NCBI GenBank assembly: GCA_043228905.1
Contig: JBHGNT010000002.1
Location: forward strand, 24,862,001 to 24,926,000
Direction: 5' to 3'
Source of the DNA: Azolla caroliniana
Lineage: Eukaryota; Plantae; Polypodiophyta
Length of the DNA stretch: 64,000 nt
Made by a program: the position numbers and the translations under genes. Shown here piece by piece: positions 1 through 11,053 of the stretch (positions are counted from its first letter, which is position 1; each line of letters starts with the position of its first letter). Under the pieces are notes generated by a model, which was not told where the DNA came from, ran no database searches, and worked only from the letters and a program-made list of their open reading frames with translations.

Positions 1-3000
1 GCGTCGGACGCAGCTACATATTCTGCTTCGGTCGTTGAGGTCGCTGTGCACTCCTGAAGTTTCGACTTCCACGAGATTGCTCCATTGCCGAATTTGAAGC
101 AGTATCCGGTTGTTGATTTCCGACTGTCTATACAGCCGGCGAAATCCGAGTCGGTGTAACCGACTACGCCTGAGGTTCGGTTCTGACCGAAAAGAATGCC
201 ATGGTCTTTTGTGCCAGCCAGATATCTGAACACATGCTTGACTGCGTTCCAATGCGATCGGCCAGGATTGTGCATAAATCTGCTAACGACTCCTACGGCA
301 TGAGAAATATCAGGCCGTGTCGCGACCATCAGGTACATAAGGGAGCCGACTGCCGGTGCATACGGTACCGACTTCATATCTTCCCCCTCCGGGCCGGATG
401 TCGGGCAGTCTCGCTGAGAGAGCCGAAGATTCATTGGGAGCGGGGTTGAAGCAGATGTGGCTGATTGCATGTTGAAGCGTTCCAAGACACGTCGGATATA
501 GTCGGTCTGAGATAAAAAAAGATGTCGTTTATCGCGATGCCGACTAATCTTCATGCCGAGTATGTGTCGTGCCGGACCGAGGTCCTTCATTGCAAACTTC
601 AACCGCAGTTGCCGGATGAGATCGGCAAGTTCGCCCGCGTGGCGTCCAGAAATTAGCATGTCGTCCACGTAGATGATGAGGAAGATGGGTGATCCATCTT
701 GAGCTGTGTTGGTAAAGAGACAATGGTCCTCATCGCTTTTTGAGAAGCCGATCGATTGGATGAAGTCGTCGAACTTCTTGTACCATTGTCGCGGTGCCTG
801 TTTGAGGCCGTATAGACTCTTCCTGAGTCGGCAGACTAGATGTTCTTGGCCAGTTGCCACGAAGCCTTTTGGCTGCTCCATATAAATTTCCTCCTCGAGA
901 TCACCATGGAGGAAGGCTGTTTTGACATCTAGCTGAATCAGCTCCAAGTTGTCGGCTGCCACTACGCCGAGTAGAAAACGAAGGGTTGTCATTTTCACAA
1001 CTGGTGAAAAAATCTCGTCGAAGTCGACGCCATATTCTTGTCGGAAGCCCTTCGCAACTAATCTGGCCTTGTACTTTGGGGTGGTCGAATCAGACGTCTC
1101 TTTTAGTCGATAAACCCACTTGCAAGGAAGAGCACGTCGGTTCCTAGGTAATTCGACCAGATCCCAAGTCTTGTTTGCCCGAATGGAGTGCATTTCCGAC
1201 TCCATCGCCAGATGCCAGGTGGCGGAATCGACAGATGTCGATGCTTCTTCGTAAGACGTCGGTTCGCCGGCGTCGGTGAAGAAAATTCCAGGAGAATACC
1301 TCTCCGGAGGTTGCGACAGTCTCTCGGATCGTCGAGGTATGATTGGACTGGTCGCATCGGGTATCGAGGTCGGATGGTCCGAAAGCGGATTGTTCTGCTG
1401 TGCCGAGTCGGAGTTGTCCGAGTCAGTAGTGTAAGGTTCAGCTACCCGTGAAGCTGACCGTGTGTTGAGAGCGGGGTCTTCTTGAAGGGTCGGCACATCG
1501 GAAAATGTTACCCTTCGGACTTCGATCGGTTTTTCGACTGATGGACTCATAGCCGACTTGTTGAACACAACGTCCGAACTTCGGACGATTTGTCTGCGTT
1601 CGGGATCCCAGAGTCGGTATCCCATTTCGCCGTCAGATCCATATCCGAGGAAAATGCATTTCCTGGACCGAGGTGCAAGTTTTCGGCGATCATCTTTCGG
1701 AATAAGAGCGTACGCCTCGCATCCGAAGATCCTCAGCTTGTCGTAATTCGGCTTACTGCCGATCCATAGTTCCTGAGGAATTTGAAGTCCTAGAGGTCTA
1801 CTTGGCGACATATTGATTATGTGTACTGCCGTGAGTAGAGCCTCTGCCCAGAAGCCATCCGACAGTCCGGAGTGTTGGAGCATGGAAACTATCCTTTCTT
1901 GGATTGTCCGATTCATTCGTTCTGCAATCCCGTTTTGCTCCGGACTGTGTGGTGCCGTAAATTCACGTCGGATGCCGCGTTGTCGGCAGAATTTGACGAA
2001 TTCATCGGATTTGAACTCTCCCCCATTGTCTGTCCGAAGGCATTTCAGCTTTCGGTCGGTTTGATTTTCTACCATAGCGAGCCAATCTGAGAAGATCGAG
2101 AAGACCCGATCTTTGGTGTGAATCGGATAAGCCCACACCTTTCGAGTCGAATCGTCAATAAAAGTGACAAAGTAAGAGGCACCGCCTAGAGACTGATGCG
2201 GCATTGGGCCACAGACGTCCGAATGGACTAAATCGAGAGGTCTCGTTTCTCTTGGTGCTGATGTCGGGTGTGATGCGGCTGCTTGTTTGCCATACTGGCA
2301 ATGCTCGCAGAATTGATGGTCGGAGAAGGAGAGTTTGGGGATGTATCCGGCTCTAGATAGATGTGTGATGCCGGCCTTGCTGAGGTGTCCTAATCTTCTG
2401 TGCCATAGTGATGACACAGGAATATCCACCAAAAACAGGTTACCCTCTCTGAGCGTAACATGTAACGGATACAGGGAGTGTATCTTGGGTCCTCTAGCAA
2501 GCAGGAGGTTCCCCCTGTGGAGTGTCCACCCTCCCGAAGAAAAACCGGCACGAATGTCGTCTTCATCTAGTTGTCCGACTGAGATCAATGGCCTTGAGAG
2601 CTCGGGTACATGTCGGACATTGTGGAGTACAAGTGTAGAGCCACCTGCAAGGTTGAGCTCTACTGTGCCGATTCCGATGATGTCACAGTGTTGCGAGTTG
2701 CCGACTCGAACTGAGTCGGAGTGACGGATCGTATATTGCCGAAATTGGGATCGATGAGGAGTCACGTGAAATGACGCGCCTGAATCTAAGAGCCATGTGC
2801 TCGATTCTTCAGTCGTGAATAGAGCCTCTGATCCGACTGGATTTTCGATTGCTAGTATATTCGGGTCGTCTGGTAGCACATCAGCTGAGAAGCTGACGTA
2901 ATTGATCTCCTCATGCCGGCCACTCTTCTTGTTGTTCTTGTTTTTGAGTGCGCGGCAGTCGGCTTTGATGTGTCCGGGTTTCTTGCAATAGTTGCAGATT

Positions 3001-3701
3001 CGGTTATCCCGTGACTGGCTCCGTCTTCGCTGATTGTTCGGCGGCCGTGAGGAATCTCTTCCTCGTATGTTCGATTGGTCTGTCGAACCTTGTACTACGT
3101 AAGCGTCGTCTGTTGAGTCTTTGGCGAAAGACTTTCTCCGAGCTGCTTCGGTCAGGATTGCGCTCGTGACTTCGGAGTATTTAACAGCCGTGGTTGACGC
3201 GTTGCACACAGTTGTGACGAAAGTTTCCCATGATGAGGGAAGGCTGCTCATGAGTATCATTGCTCTGAGTTCATCCTCGATTGCCGTCCCCTGTGACGAG
3301 ATTTGGGAGCTTATGCTTTCGTACTCATTGAGGTGTGCTTGAACCGAGTCGGATTCTTTCATCCGCAAGTTGTAGAGGCGCCGGATCAGAAACATCTTTG
3401 TTGCGGCGACCTTCTTTTCGTAAGTGTCCGACAGTGTTTTCCACAGTTCGAATGCTGTCGTACACGATTGCACCGTAAAGTATACCGATTCCGATAGGTG
3501 CATCCGAATCGTGGCGCGGACGATTCTGTCCAGCTTCTGCCACTCAATTGGTTTGTATCCTTCTGGAGGTTCTTCATTTTCGATGGGATCGATTTGCCCC
3601 TTGACTATGAGATAGTCCTGCATTTGTTCTTTCCAGAAGTTGAAGTTCGATCCATCGAACTTTCGGAGACTCATTTCTGACGAGCCGGATGTTGATGCCA
3701 T
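1..3701 (-). CDS. Copia gag-pol polyprotein, 5' ~1233 codons, truncated by window edge
   Basis: Manual translation from ATG 3701: MASTSGSSEMSLRKFDGSNFNFWKEQMQDYL (Tnt1-like gag), zinc knuckle CNYCKKPGHIKADC, protease WLLDSGASFH, integrase VHSDVCGP/RTDNGGEF/NGIAERMNR, RT YKARLVAKGF/QLDVKTAFLHG/YVDDML, RNaseH GYTDSDFAG...STTEAEYVAA. The RNaseH is in the same frame as the ATG, and the ORF track reports no stop-terminated ORF in this frame. Confidence 0.92.
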   Translation of the reverse strand, partial: MASTSGSSEMSLRKFDGSNFNFWKEQMQDYLIVKGQIDPIENEEPPEGYKPIEWQKLDRIVRATIRMHLSESVYFTVQSCTTAFELWKTLSDTYEKKVAATKMFLIRRLYNLRMKESDSVQAHLNEYESISSQISSQGTAIEDELRAMILMSSLPSSWETFVTTVCNASTTAVKYSEVTSAILTEAARRKSFAKDSTDDAYVVQGSTDQSNIRGRDSSRPPNNQRRRSQSRDNRICNYCKKPGHIKADCRALKNKNNKKSGRHEEINYVSFSADVLPDDPNILAIENPVGSEALFTTEESSTWLLDSGASFHVTPHRSQFRQYTIRHSDSVRVGNSQHCDIIGIGTVELNLAGGSTLVLHNVRHVPELSRPLISVGQLDEDDIRAGFSSGGWTLHRGNLLLARGPKIHSLYPLHVTLREGNLFLVDIPVSSLWHRRLGHLSKAGITHLSRAGYIPKLSFSDHQFCEHCQYGKQAAASHPTSAPRETRPLDLVHSDVCGPMPHQSLGGASYFVTFIDDSTRKVWAYPIHTKDRVFSIFSDWLAMVENQTDRKLKCLRTDNGGEFKSDEFVKFCRQRGIRREFTAPHSPEQNGIAERMNRTIQERIVSMLQHSGLSDGFWAEALLTAVHIINMSPSRPLGLQIPQELWIGSKPNYDKLRIFGCEAYALIPKDDRRKLAPRSRKCIFLGYGSDGEMGYRLWDPERRQIVRSSDVVFNKSAMSPSVEKPIEVRRVTFSDVPTLQEDPALNTRSASRVAEPYTTDSDNSDSAQQNNPLSDHPTSIPDATSPIIPRRSERLSQPPERYSPGIFFTDAGEPTSYEEASTSVDSATWHLAMESEMHSIRANKTWDLVELPRNRRALPCKWVYRLKETSDSTTPKYKARLVAKGFRQEYGVDFDEIFSPVVKMTTLRFLLGVVAADNLELIQLDVKTAFLHGDLEEEIYMEQPKGFVATGQEHLVCRLRKSLYGLKQAPRQWYKKFDDFIQSIGFSKSDEDHCLFTNTAQDGSPIFLIIYVDDMLISGRHAGELADLIRQLRLKFAMKDLGPARHILGMKISRHRDKRHLFLSQTDYIRRVLERFNMQSATSASTPLPMNLRLSQRDCPTSGPEGEDMKSVPYAPAVGSLMYLMVATRPDISHAVGVVSRFMHNPGRSHWNAVKHVFRYLAGTKDHGILFGQNRTSGVVGYTDSDFAGCIDSRKSTTGYCFKFGNGAISWKSKLQECTATSTTEAEYVAASD

Positions 3702-4323
3702 CAAATTCGGTTTCGGTTGACGAAGCTCGGTTCGGAGTTGACTACGAACCTTGTTGGGGTGCAGCCGGTTGGCTCACCCGATATCGTTCTAGTCGGATTT
3801 GAACCCGAGTCGGTTCGGCTTCGGAACTTGCTCGAATTGACTTCGGTAGCTTGAGGGACAGAACCGACTGGTCTTCCCGAATGTTGCCGAATACCGATTA
3901 TTGAAACCGATTATCTGGACCGATTCTGCTTCGGTTGACTGCAGCAACGAGAGAGACGGATCTAACTGATCCTCCCGAATGTCGATCAGCCAGATGAAGC
4001 ACGAATTTGGGGTTGTTGTCTTAAGACCGATCTGCACCGAGTGGTTACAATGAGCGGCGTTTGATTACCTCTTCGGATGCCGTTTAACCGGGTGGAGCAC
4101 GATCGTGTCAATGTTGCACAAGAGGATTTCACCTCGAGCGGTTACGATCACAAGGGACAGAGTACAACCTGCTGGCTTACTCCAAGCGAAGATGATCTAA
4201 CGCGATGAGATGCAAGCCTCGTTTCTCTTCTTCTTCTCTCTTCTTCGAATGACGCAAGAAACCGAATGCTGTGCAGGCTGAGACGACGGCCGACAGCAGA
4301 TTGAAGGACCGACTACTGTGCAG

Positions 4324-4335
4324 GCTCTGATACCA
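4324..4335 (-). promoter_or_regulatory. Primer binding site (tRNA-iMet) of the copia element
   Basis: Minus strand reads TGGTATCAGAGC two bases after the LTR-terminal CA. Confidence 0.93.
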
Positions 4336-4337
4336 GA

Positions 4338-4635
4338 TGTTGTAGACGAGGTCGTCAATGCGGAAGATCAAGAAGCATTCGATTGCTGTTGAATACCTGC
4401 GTATAACAGAATCATAGATCGTGCACAGAGAGAGAGAGAGAGAGAGAGACACAAAAGACTTTCTCATTCAACAAAGCAATAATACAACACCCAACCTTAC
4501 AAAAAGGTTACAAGGTCACTATATATAGTGACCGACTTAGGGCAACTACCCTTTATGCTAATTACACAAATGCCCCAAACTTGGGCTATAGAAAGGGATA
4601 GTGTGAATACGTCCATTATACACTTGTATTCGACA
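4338..4635 (-). repeat. 5' LTR of the copia element (~298 bp)
   Basis: Begins TGTTG next to the PBS and ends TTCGACA, giving TG...CA with an imperfect inverted end. Contains TATATATA and a (GA)n tract. The outer boundary is inferred because the second LTR is outside the window. Confidence 0.7.
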
Positions 4636-5282
4636 ATCATGTCTCTCTGTTTACAATGCATACAAACGAAGCTAATGAAGATATGAATACTTGATAGCCT
4701 TTTAGCAATAATCTCACGTTGTTTTAAATAAAAGCTAATTTGTTTAAGTTCCGTAAGGATGTCACAATTGTTGTTTATGTGATGGCAAAATTTCATTCAA
4801 TTCATTAATGAAGTCACAATCTTTTCTTTTCTCATGACATGTTTGTCATTTTTTAAGATATGCGATAGTACACGTGTATGTATGTATCAACATGTGTGAT
4901 TGTTGTATGCAGGCACAAGATAGTTGAATGTGTACATCCTTCGATTGATGAATTCATCGACATGTTTCTCCACTTATGCGAATATATTTAGTCACAAATC
5001 ATGAATAATTATTTTAGAATTACTCCACATGTCAAGGGTAAAAAAGTGGGTAAAAGAAAAGCTTCAAATTATGTCCCCATTGAAGGCAATGAATTTGTTG
5101 GCTCAAGTGCTTGACATATCGAATAGCAAGGAGGAAACACTACATTATAAAATTTACAATATACTTGTGGCAAGAAGGGAGGCAAATGCACATAATGGCA
5201 ATCCACTTACAAGCTTGGTGTAGTTACAAAAACACCTTTTTGTCGTGCTCATGAATATAGAGTGAAAGTCACCTTTGATATG

Positions 5283-5572
5283 AGCGAGAGGGAGAGAGAG
5301 AGAGAGAGAGAGAGAGAAGGTTGCCAATGGAAACCAAGATGGTAAGAGAAAGAGAGAGAGAGAGAAGGTTGCCAATGGAAACCAAGATTGTAAGAGAAAG
5401 AGAGAGAGAAGGTTTCCAATGGAAACCAAGAGGTTATGGGAGAGAGAGAGAGAGAGAGAAGGTTGCCAATGGAAACCAAGATGGTAAGAGAAAGAGAGAG
5501 AAAAGGTTTCCAATGAAAACCAAAAGGTCATGGGGGACAGAGAGAGAGAGAGTAGAGGTCATGGGAGAGAGA
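5283..5572. repeat. Compound minisatellite: ~5 units of GGTTGCCAATGGAAACCAAGA(T/G)G separated by (GA)n tracts
   Basis: Motif AAGGTT(G/T)CCAATG(G/A)AAACCAA recurs near 5317, 5365, 5409, 5459 and 5503 with variable (GA)n spacers. Confidence 0.9.
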
Positions 5573-6448
5573 GTGGCATTTAGTAAATTAAGAGGATATT
5601 TATAGACTCTAGACTAATAGAGAAGTGAGGAAATTAGGTTTCGAACCCAAGACATAGGGGGGGCTAGAAGTGTAACAAACTTACCACTAAGATAAAGACA
5701 GATGGAATGATGAAGGGTATCTTCAGCATGTCATGACTCATGACCATGTATGTTTTCGTGTTTGCATCATGGAGACCCAAAGAGTATGTATTATGATGGT
5801 GATGATGACCGATGATATTACAAATAAAGATTAAGATTGGGATGGGATGGGGGCCCACTGAAGAAAAAAAAACACCATGCCTTCTTCTTCTTCTTCTTCT
5901 TTGGGGATATTTCAGTTTTTATTTTATCCTGTCAATACCCATGATTGTGTGTACACACGCGGAAAGACAGTTAAAGAGATAGAATAAAGAAAAGGTCACC
6001 ATAATCAGACATTCGAAAGCTCCCTCCCTCTCTCTATCTATCTGAAGCAGAACAGCAGAGACACCCAATGCTCTCTCTCTCTCTCTCTCCACCCCCCTTC
6101 TACTTCTAAAATCAGTCAGTCCTTTCGTTTATTTATTTTTGGGTTCCAGATTACAACTCCTGTTCCTTGAAGAAAGTAGGGTTTGTTGCGCTGCCTGAGA
6201 GATTAGGGCTTTCTTGTTGGATTCCTGAACAAACCCTTCCACCCCCCATCTTCCACCCCCTGTTTGTTGGAAGATAAGGATGTTTTGAGCTTCTTGAGAA
6301 ATCAGAGGTTATTTTGATTCCCTGTTTCTGGAGAAAGTAGGGGTTTTAAGCTTGTAAAAGATTTAAATAAGTAGAAAAAGGGATGTTTTAGGGTAAAATT
6401 AGGGGTTCATCCTTTTGTGGATCCTATGGAAGCATCTCAGGCGTGTCC

Positions 6449-9400
6449 ATGGATGGAGCTTGTTTGCCATGTTCTGCGTCCTTTATCTTTAGTAAACCAA
6501 TGCCTGAGCTCTCTCACAGACATAGCATACCTTGCAGAGCTTTAAATGTATGCATATTTTCTTATCAAAGAACACGTTACCATAATGTATTTCTATCACG
6601 GAGTGAGAATCGCAAATTGAGAAGTCATATCTCTGAAGCCATTTGCTCATTCAATGCGGTAAACCACAATATTTCAGCATGTGAAAATAGCTTGCGTTTG
6701 AGGAGTTATAGCTCTGATACCACTTGTGCATTCCAGGATTTCCGAGGTCATTTCACCAGAGAAAAGCATAGCAATAGTAGCTCACGTTTCAAGGTATGTT
6801 CAGCTAAGCTCAAAGAGGATGCTGATGCAGAGGAAGATATATGGATGTCCGACTTGGAATTCGAGGTTCTTCAATTCATGGAAACTTCGAAGAATCCATT
6901 TTCTTTCCCAACACAATCAGAACTGATGGAGGCTGGTCGCAATGATCTTGCTGATGCTATTCTTCAAAGTGGTGGTTGGCTCGCTTCTGGATGGGATTTA
7001 AACGATTGTACTGATAATAAGGTATAGTTCTACTAATGAAGCAAAATTATATTTTTGTCTCTAAACTTAGAGTCTACCTCCAAATCCACCATTTTTCTTA
7101 GGAGGTATCTTTGGTGGAAAAACATTCCGAGTATGTAAAAGGAATTTTTGTTGTGTTGTGCTATTTGTTACCGTGATGGGATTTAAATTGATGATAAGGT
7201 ATACTTCTACTCATGAAGGAAATTTATATTTTTTTCTCTGAACTTAGAGTCTACCTCCAAACCTACAATTTTTCTTGGTGGAGAAACATTCTGCATGTGT
7301 CAAAAGCATTTTTGCTGTGTTCTGTTGTTTCTTGTATGTAGAGACATGAGATAGAGTACATCATTTGTTACCATGAAGTGCTATGGTGGCAGAAGACGAA
7401 TTTTCCACCCAAACATGGATAAAACAATGTGTAAATAGGCCCAGGAAGAGTAGAAAAATGTATGAATTCAATCAGAAGACTCACAATCTTGAGAAAGACC
7501 TAGGAGACAGAAGAAGCAACTGTTTATTCTTTTTCTACCTCCGTTCTATGGTAGTGGAGAAAAATGTGAATGGGCCTATGAAGAGGAGAGAAAATTTGTT
7601 CGTCCAATCGGAAGTCTCTTATTCTTGAGAAAGACTGATTCTCTTGAGGAGGTTGATGAAGCAAACGTTTCTTCTTTTCTTTTTCCCCCATTTTGTTGTA
7701 CTGTTGGCCAAAAACTTTCTTGATGGAAATGTGCATCCTTTTGTTTTGGTTGGTTATTTATGAGGCAGATGAGATAGGAGTCATTCAAAGGTTAAAAATA
7801 AATAGATAGATGGATTATTACCATCCATGGAAGATAGGATATGATCTATATGGCTTTGATGCTATGGTGTAAATCACCATGACAACCACTAAGGATATGA
7901 GATAGAGAGAATATGTTAATTGTTACTGGTATGTGTATGACAGACACGTAGGATACTGGAAGATGTCCTTCCACCTAGAATACTCACAAAAGCAAAAAAA
8001 GCCTTCCTTTAAATAGATTGAATTATGCCCTCGTAATATTTGATGATTTTCTTGAGGCCAATAAATCCAAATTGTACAGGAAAATGTGATGAAAGGCACA
8101 CTTCGGAATGAAATCCGAGACACACTTATGGAGGCACCTCATGGCGAAAACAAATGCACGAAGAGAGGATCATCACAAATGGACAATCCGAATACTCATG
8201 TTGCAGCTTCACACACTGAATTGTAAGTATGCAAAACAGCTAGAAATACACAATAGAGTATTTACATCTCTAGAGGCATGCTAGTATGCATTAAGCTAGT
8301 ATTATGAATGCACAATCCAATTATGGAAACAAAAACTTAGATTTATTGGAAAGAATCAGCATATAATGTACTGTTTGTTCACAGAACTTAAGGATGGACT
8401 TAGTTATATAGGCATGAATAAGAACATTAAATCTCTACTATTTCTAATGCTTTTGCTAGGAATCCAGCTCTAGATGAACGGCAAAGAGCATGGGACAGGG
8501 TAGCTGACTTATTTGGACTTACAAAGCCACAGAAAAAGGTAAGAAATCAACTAGAGATTGTTATGATATGACATCTTAGGAACCATTTCTCCTTTCAGTA
8601 AAACTCAAAAGTTTAAATCTGGCAATATGTGTAAAGTCAGGGCATGGCGGGAAAGTATTTGATGAAAGTAGAAAGTACCCTACGATGATTGAGCAGGTTG
8701 AATCTATTGGCTTGTTGGACAATAGAGTTGAATGTGACATAGAATCTCCAGAAGGTGGTAAGATATTTCATCTTTATTTTAAGTCATGAATATGAAGGTT
8801 TAGAAAGTAAAGTGGTCATCGATTACGATCACCTTATTGATGAAGAATGATAAAAAAAATGTAGGTCCCATATCAGTGAGGCTCAAGGACCATAGGAATT
8901 TGAAGAAGAAAATCATCCCCAAATGTGAGACTGCTAACAATTCCACAAAAGAATCACGTGAATGGATGCATGAGCTAGTTAAAGCAAGAAAAGAAGCATT
9001 AAGAAATATCAAATTGAGTTCACGTGAAAAGAGAATTGGAAATACAAACAATTCTGTTTCTATTTCTGGTCGCATACGGCAACTGGAAGATGAACTGACT
9101 ACAACTCTTCATATGCTCCAATCTGGCAGGGGTGCCTTGGCTCATGATATCAAACCAAATGAAGTAAGGAAATATATATGTATGACTGTTCAAGTTTCTC
9201 ATTGCCACATGATGATCCTATTTTAGAATACTCATAGTGAACCTCTTCTCCAATCCTTTTTTGATTTTGTATTAACTCATTGAAAAACACATCCTCCATG
9301 TTATTGCCATCTTGATTTTCTCTTTAATGTCTCCATAGTTGAAGATCCGTCTAACTAATAGTCTGGCTGAATGTTAACCTGATAATTTCTTTGTCCAAGT

Positions 9401-11053
9401 TCTTCATTCGTTCTGCATATTCCTCCATTGATGTGTTTTCTATTGCATCTCATATTGCGTAGATGGTTTCATTATGTTTTTACTAAAACTGTTCAGTTTT
9501 CTCTGTATTGATCAGGTAGATGATAGGAATTTCCAAAACATCAATAATGAAGAGCCGTCAGACACATTGGATAACTTTCATAAAATGATTGGAACAGCTC
9601 CACAATGGAATGCATCTGAGGACAATCTTTCCCGTCATGAGATCGAAGAAGCTTCAGACGCATTGGAGTTTCGTGAAACAGAGCTTTTAAGCAAGCGTAG
9701 AGAGCTTCGTGAAGCACGCGCAAAATTGACTGTGACTGAGGGCAAACTTGCTCTTCAACTCGCGTATGACTTTTCTTTTAACTGTATGTATGTATGTATG
9801 TATGTATGTATGTATGTATGTGTATATATATCTATATAAGAAAAAGATTAAATTGCACCCAATGTTTTGGGTACTGAGAACAATATCCCTTGGTTTAAAA
9901 AAATAATCAGAACACTGCTATGATGTAAAGCTTTGAAGACCAAGGGTTTTTTAGTAAATTCTGAAAATCGAAGGGTATTTTGATGATATCAATTAATGCT
10001 TTTTTCCATATTGTTTTTCCTAACTACTGATCACCTTAACGTCTATGACCATTGTTTATGCCTTTATGTAAACATTTATAAATAACTATGTAGTTTTTCT
10101 GCTAAACATTTATGGCTGATCATATCGTTACAAAACATGTATGATATTTACTTACCCTTGAATTGCAACAGGGAGCTCCAAAGGAACATAGAGGAAAAGG
10201 ACAAACGACTAGATGAAGCGATGAATGTTTTAAAGACAATGCGCACAGCTCGTATTGTGTGGCCAAATCCGGGACTTGAAGTCTTTTTAGCTGGTTCTTT
10301 TGATGGGTGGACAACCCAGGTAACATTTTGCTTGTCTATAAGGAGAGTCCTATGCTTTAGTTGTAATTACCAATGTACCCTTTAGTTGTAATTAGTATTG
10401 GTCACTTACCGACATACACATACTAAGTTATCTACTTAATGGGGGTTGGCCTACCTGCAACTTACAAAATGGCTGCTCCACTAAGACAGAATGTGTAAGC
10501 ATTGCCTTTGTTTCTAAATCATGTACCTTAACTATAAGATCATAGGTTAAAGTCCTACATTGTACTCATGAACTAAAGTTCGCGCAATCAAGTCCGATAT
10601 GGTGCTTTATAACTGTAGGGTTGTGGGTTCAAGTTGAATGCTATATGTTTATTAGCTATAGGGTTGTGTCAAGTTTAATGTTCATGTTTTTAGTTCAAGG
10701 TGGTGTGCCCTAACACGTACCTCTTATAGAAATGGTTTTGCAAATTCACTCTCCACAATCCAGTGGCTGCAATGACAAAAATAATGTCTAAACAATTCCA
10801 AATTCGTTGACAGAGGAAAATGCAAAAGTCTAATGCTGGTGTGTTCGTGACTTCTCTTCAATTATATCCTGGTCGTTACGAGGTAAAGCATAAACGACCT
10901 TATTATATGCATATATACATATCCTCGTTCATTTGGCTACTGTTTAATTTGTTGCAGATAAAATTTATTGTAAATGGTGAATGGAAAGTTGATCATAATC
11001 GTCCTATTACCGGCGAGGGTGGCTTCGAGAATAATGTGCTCATTATCATCTGA
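6449..11053 (+). CDS. PTST2: Protein Targeting to Starch 2 / FLO6-like (plastid coiled-coil + C-terminal CBM48). Exons approx. 6449-7021, 8080-8222, 8460-8538, 8697-8757, 8864-9163, 9516-9763, 10172-10319, 10814-10882, 10958-11053
   Basis: N-terminal conserved block LEFEVLQFMETSKNPFSFPTQSELMEAGRNDLADAILQSGGW, a coiled-coil region, and CBM48 IVWPNPGLEVFLAGSFDGWTTQ/RKMQKSNAGVFVTSLQLYPGRYE/IKFIVNGEWKVD...ENNVLII. GT-AG introns are phase-consistent. The exon 4 boundaries are least certain. Confidence 0.88.
6992..7330 (+). repeat. Diverged tandem duplication, period 177 bp, spanning the PTST2 exon 1 splice donor
   Basis: GATAATAAG|GTATAGTTCTACTAATGAAG (donor 7022) vs GATGATAAG|GTATACTTCTACTCATGAAG (7199). 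AGTCTACCTC occurs at 7071 and 7248. Confidence 0.85.

Larger units (their letters stand above)
1..4635 (-). mobile_element. Ty1/copia LTR retrotransposon (5' LTR, PBS, gag-pol); 3' part lies beyond the left window edge
   Basis: Minus-strand domain order gag-PR-INT-RT-RNaseH is copia type. PBS complementary to tRNA-iMet at 4324-4335, adjacent to a TG...CA-bounded LTR candidate at 4338-4635. GC content is clearly higher than the flanks. Confidence 0.96.

Noticed and set aside
201-3680. Numerous short ORFs, mostly plus-strand, in the ORF track
   Set aside because: Antisense or out-of-frame shadows of the GC-rich copia gag-pol.
5283-5572. CRISPR-like appearance of repeat-spacer units
   Set aside because: Spacers are (GA)n tracts rather than unique sequences, the context is eukaryotic, and no cas genes are present.
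8539-8579. 41-nt micro-intron in PTST2
   Set aside because: An in-frame acceptor at 8696 gives a normal 158-nt intron. The choice cannot be made without transcripts.
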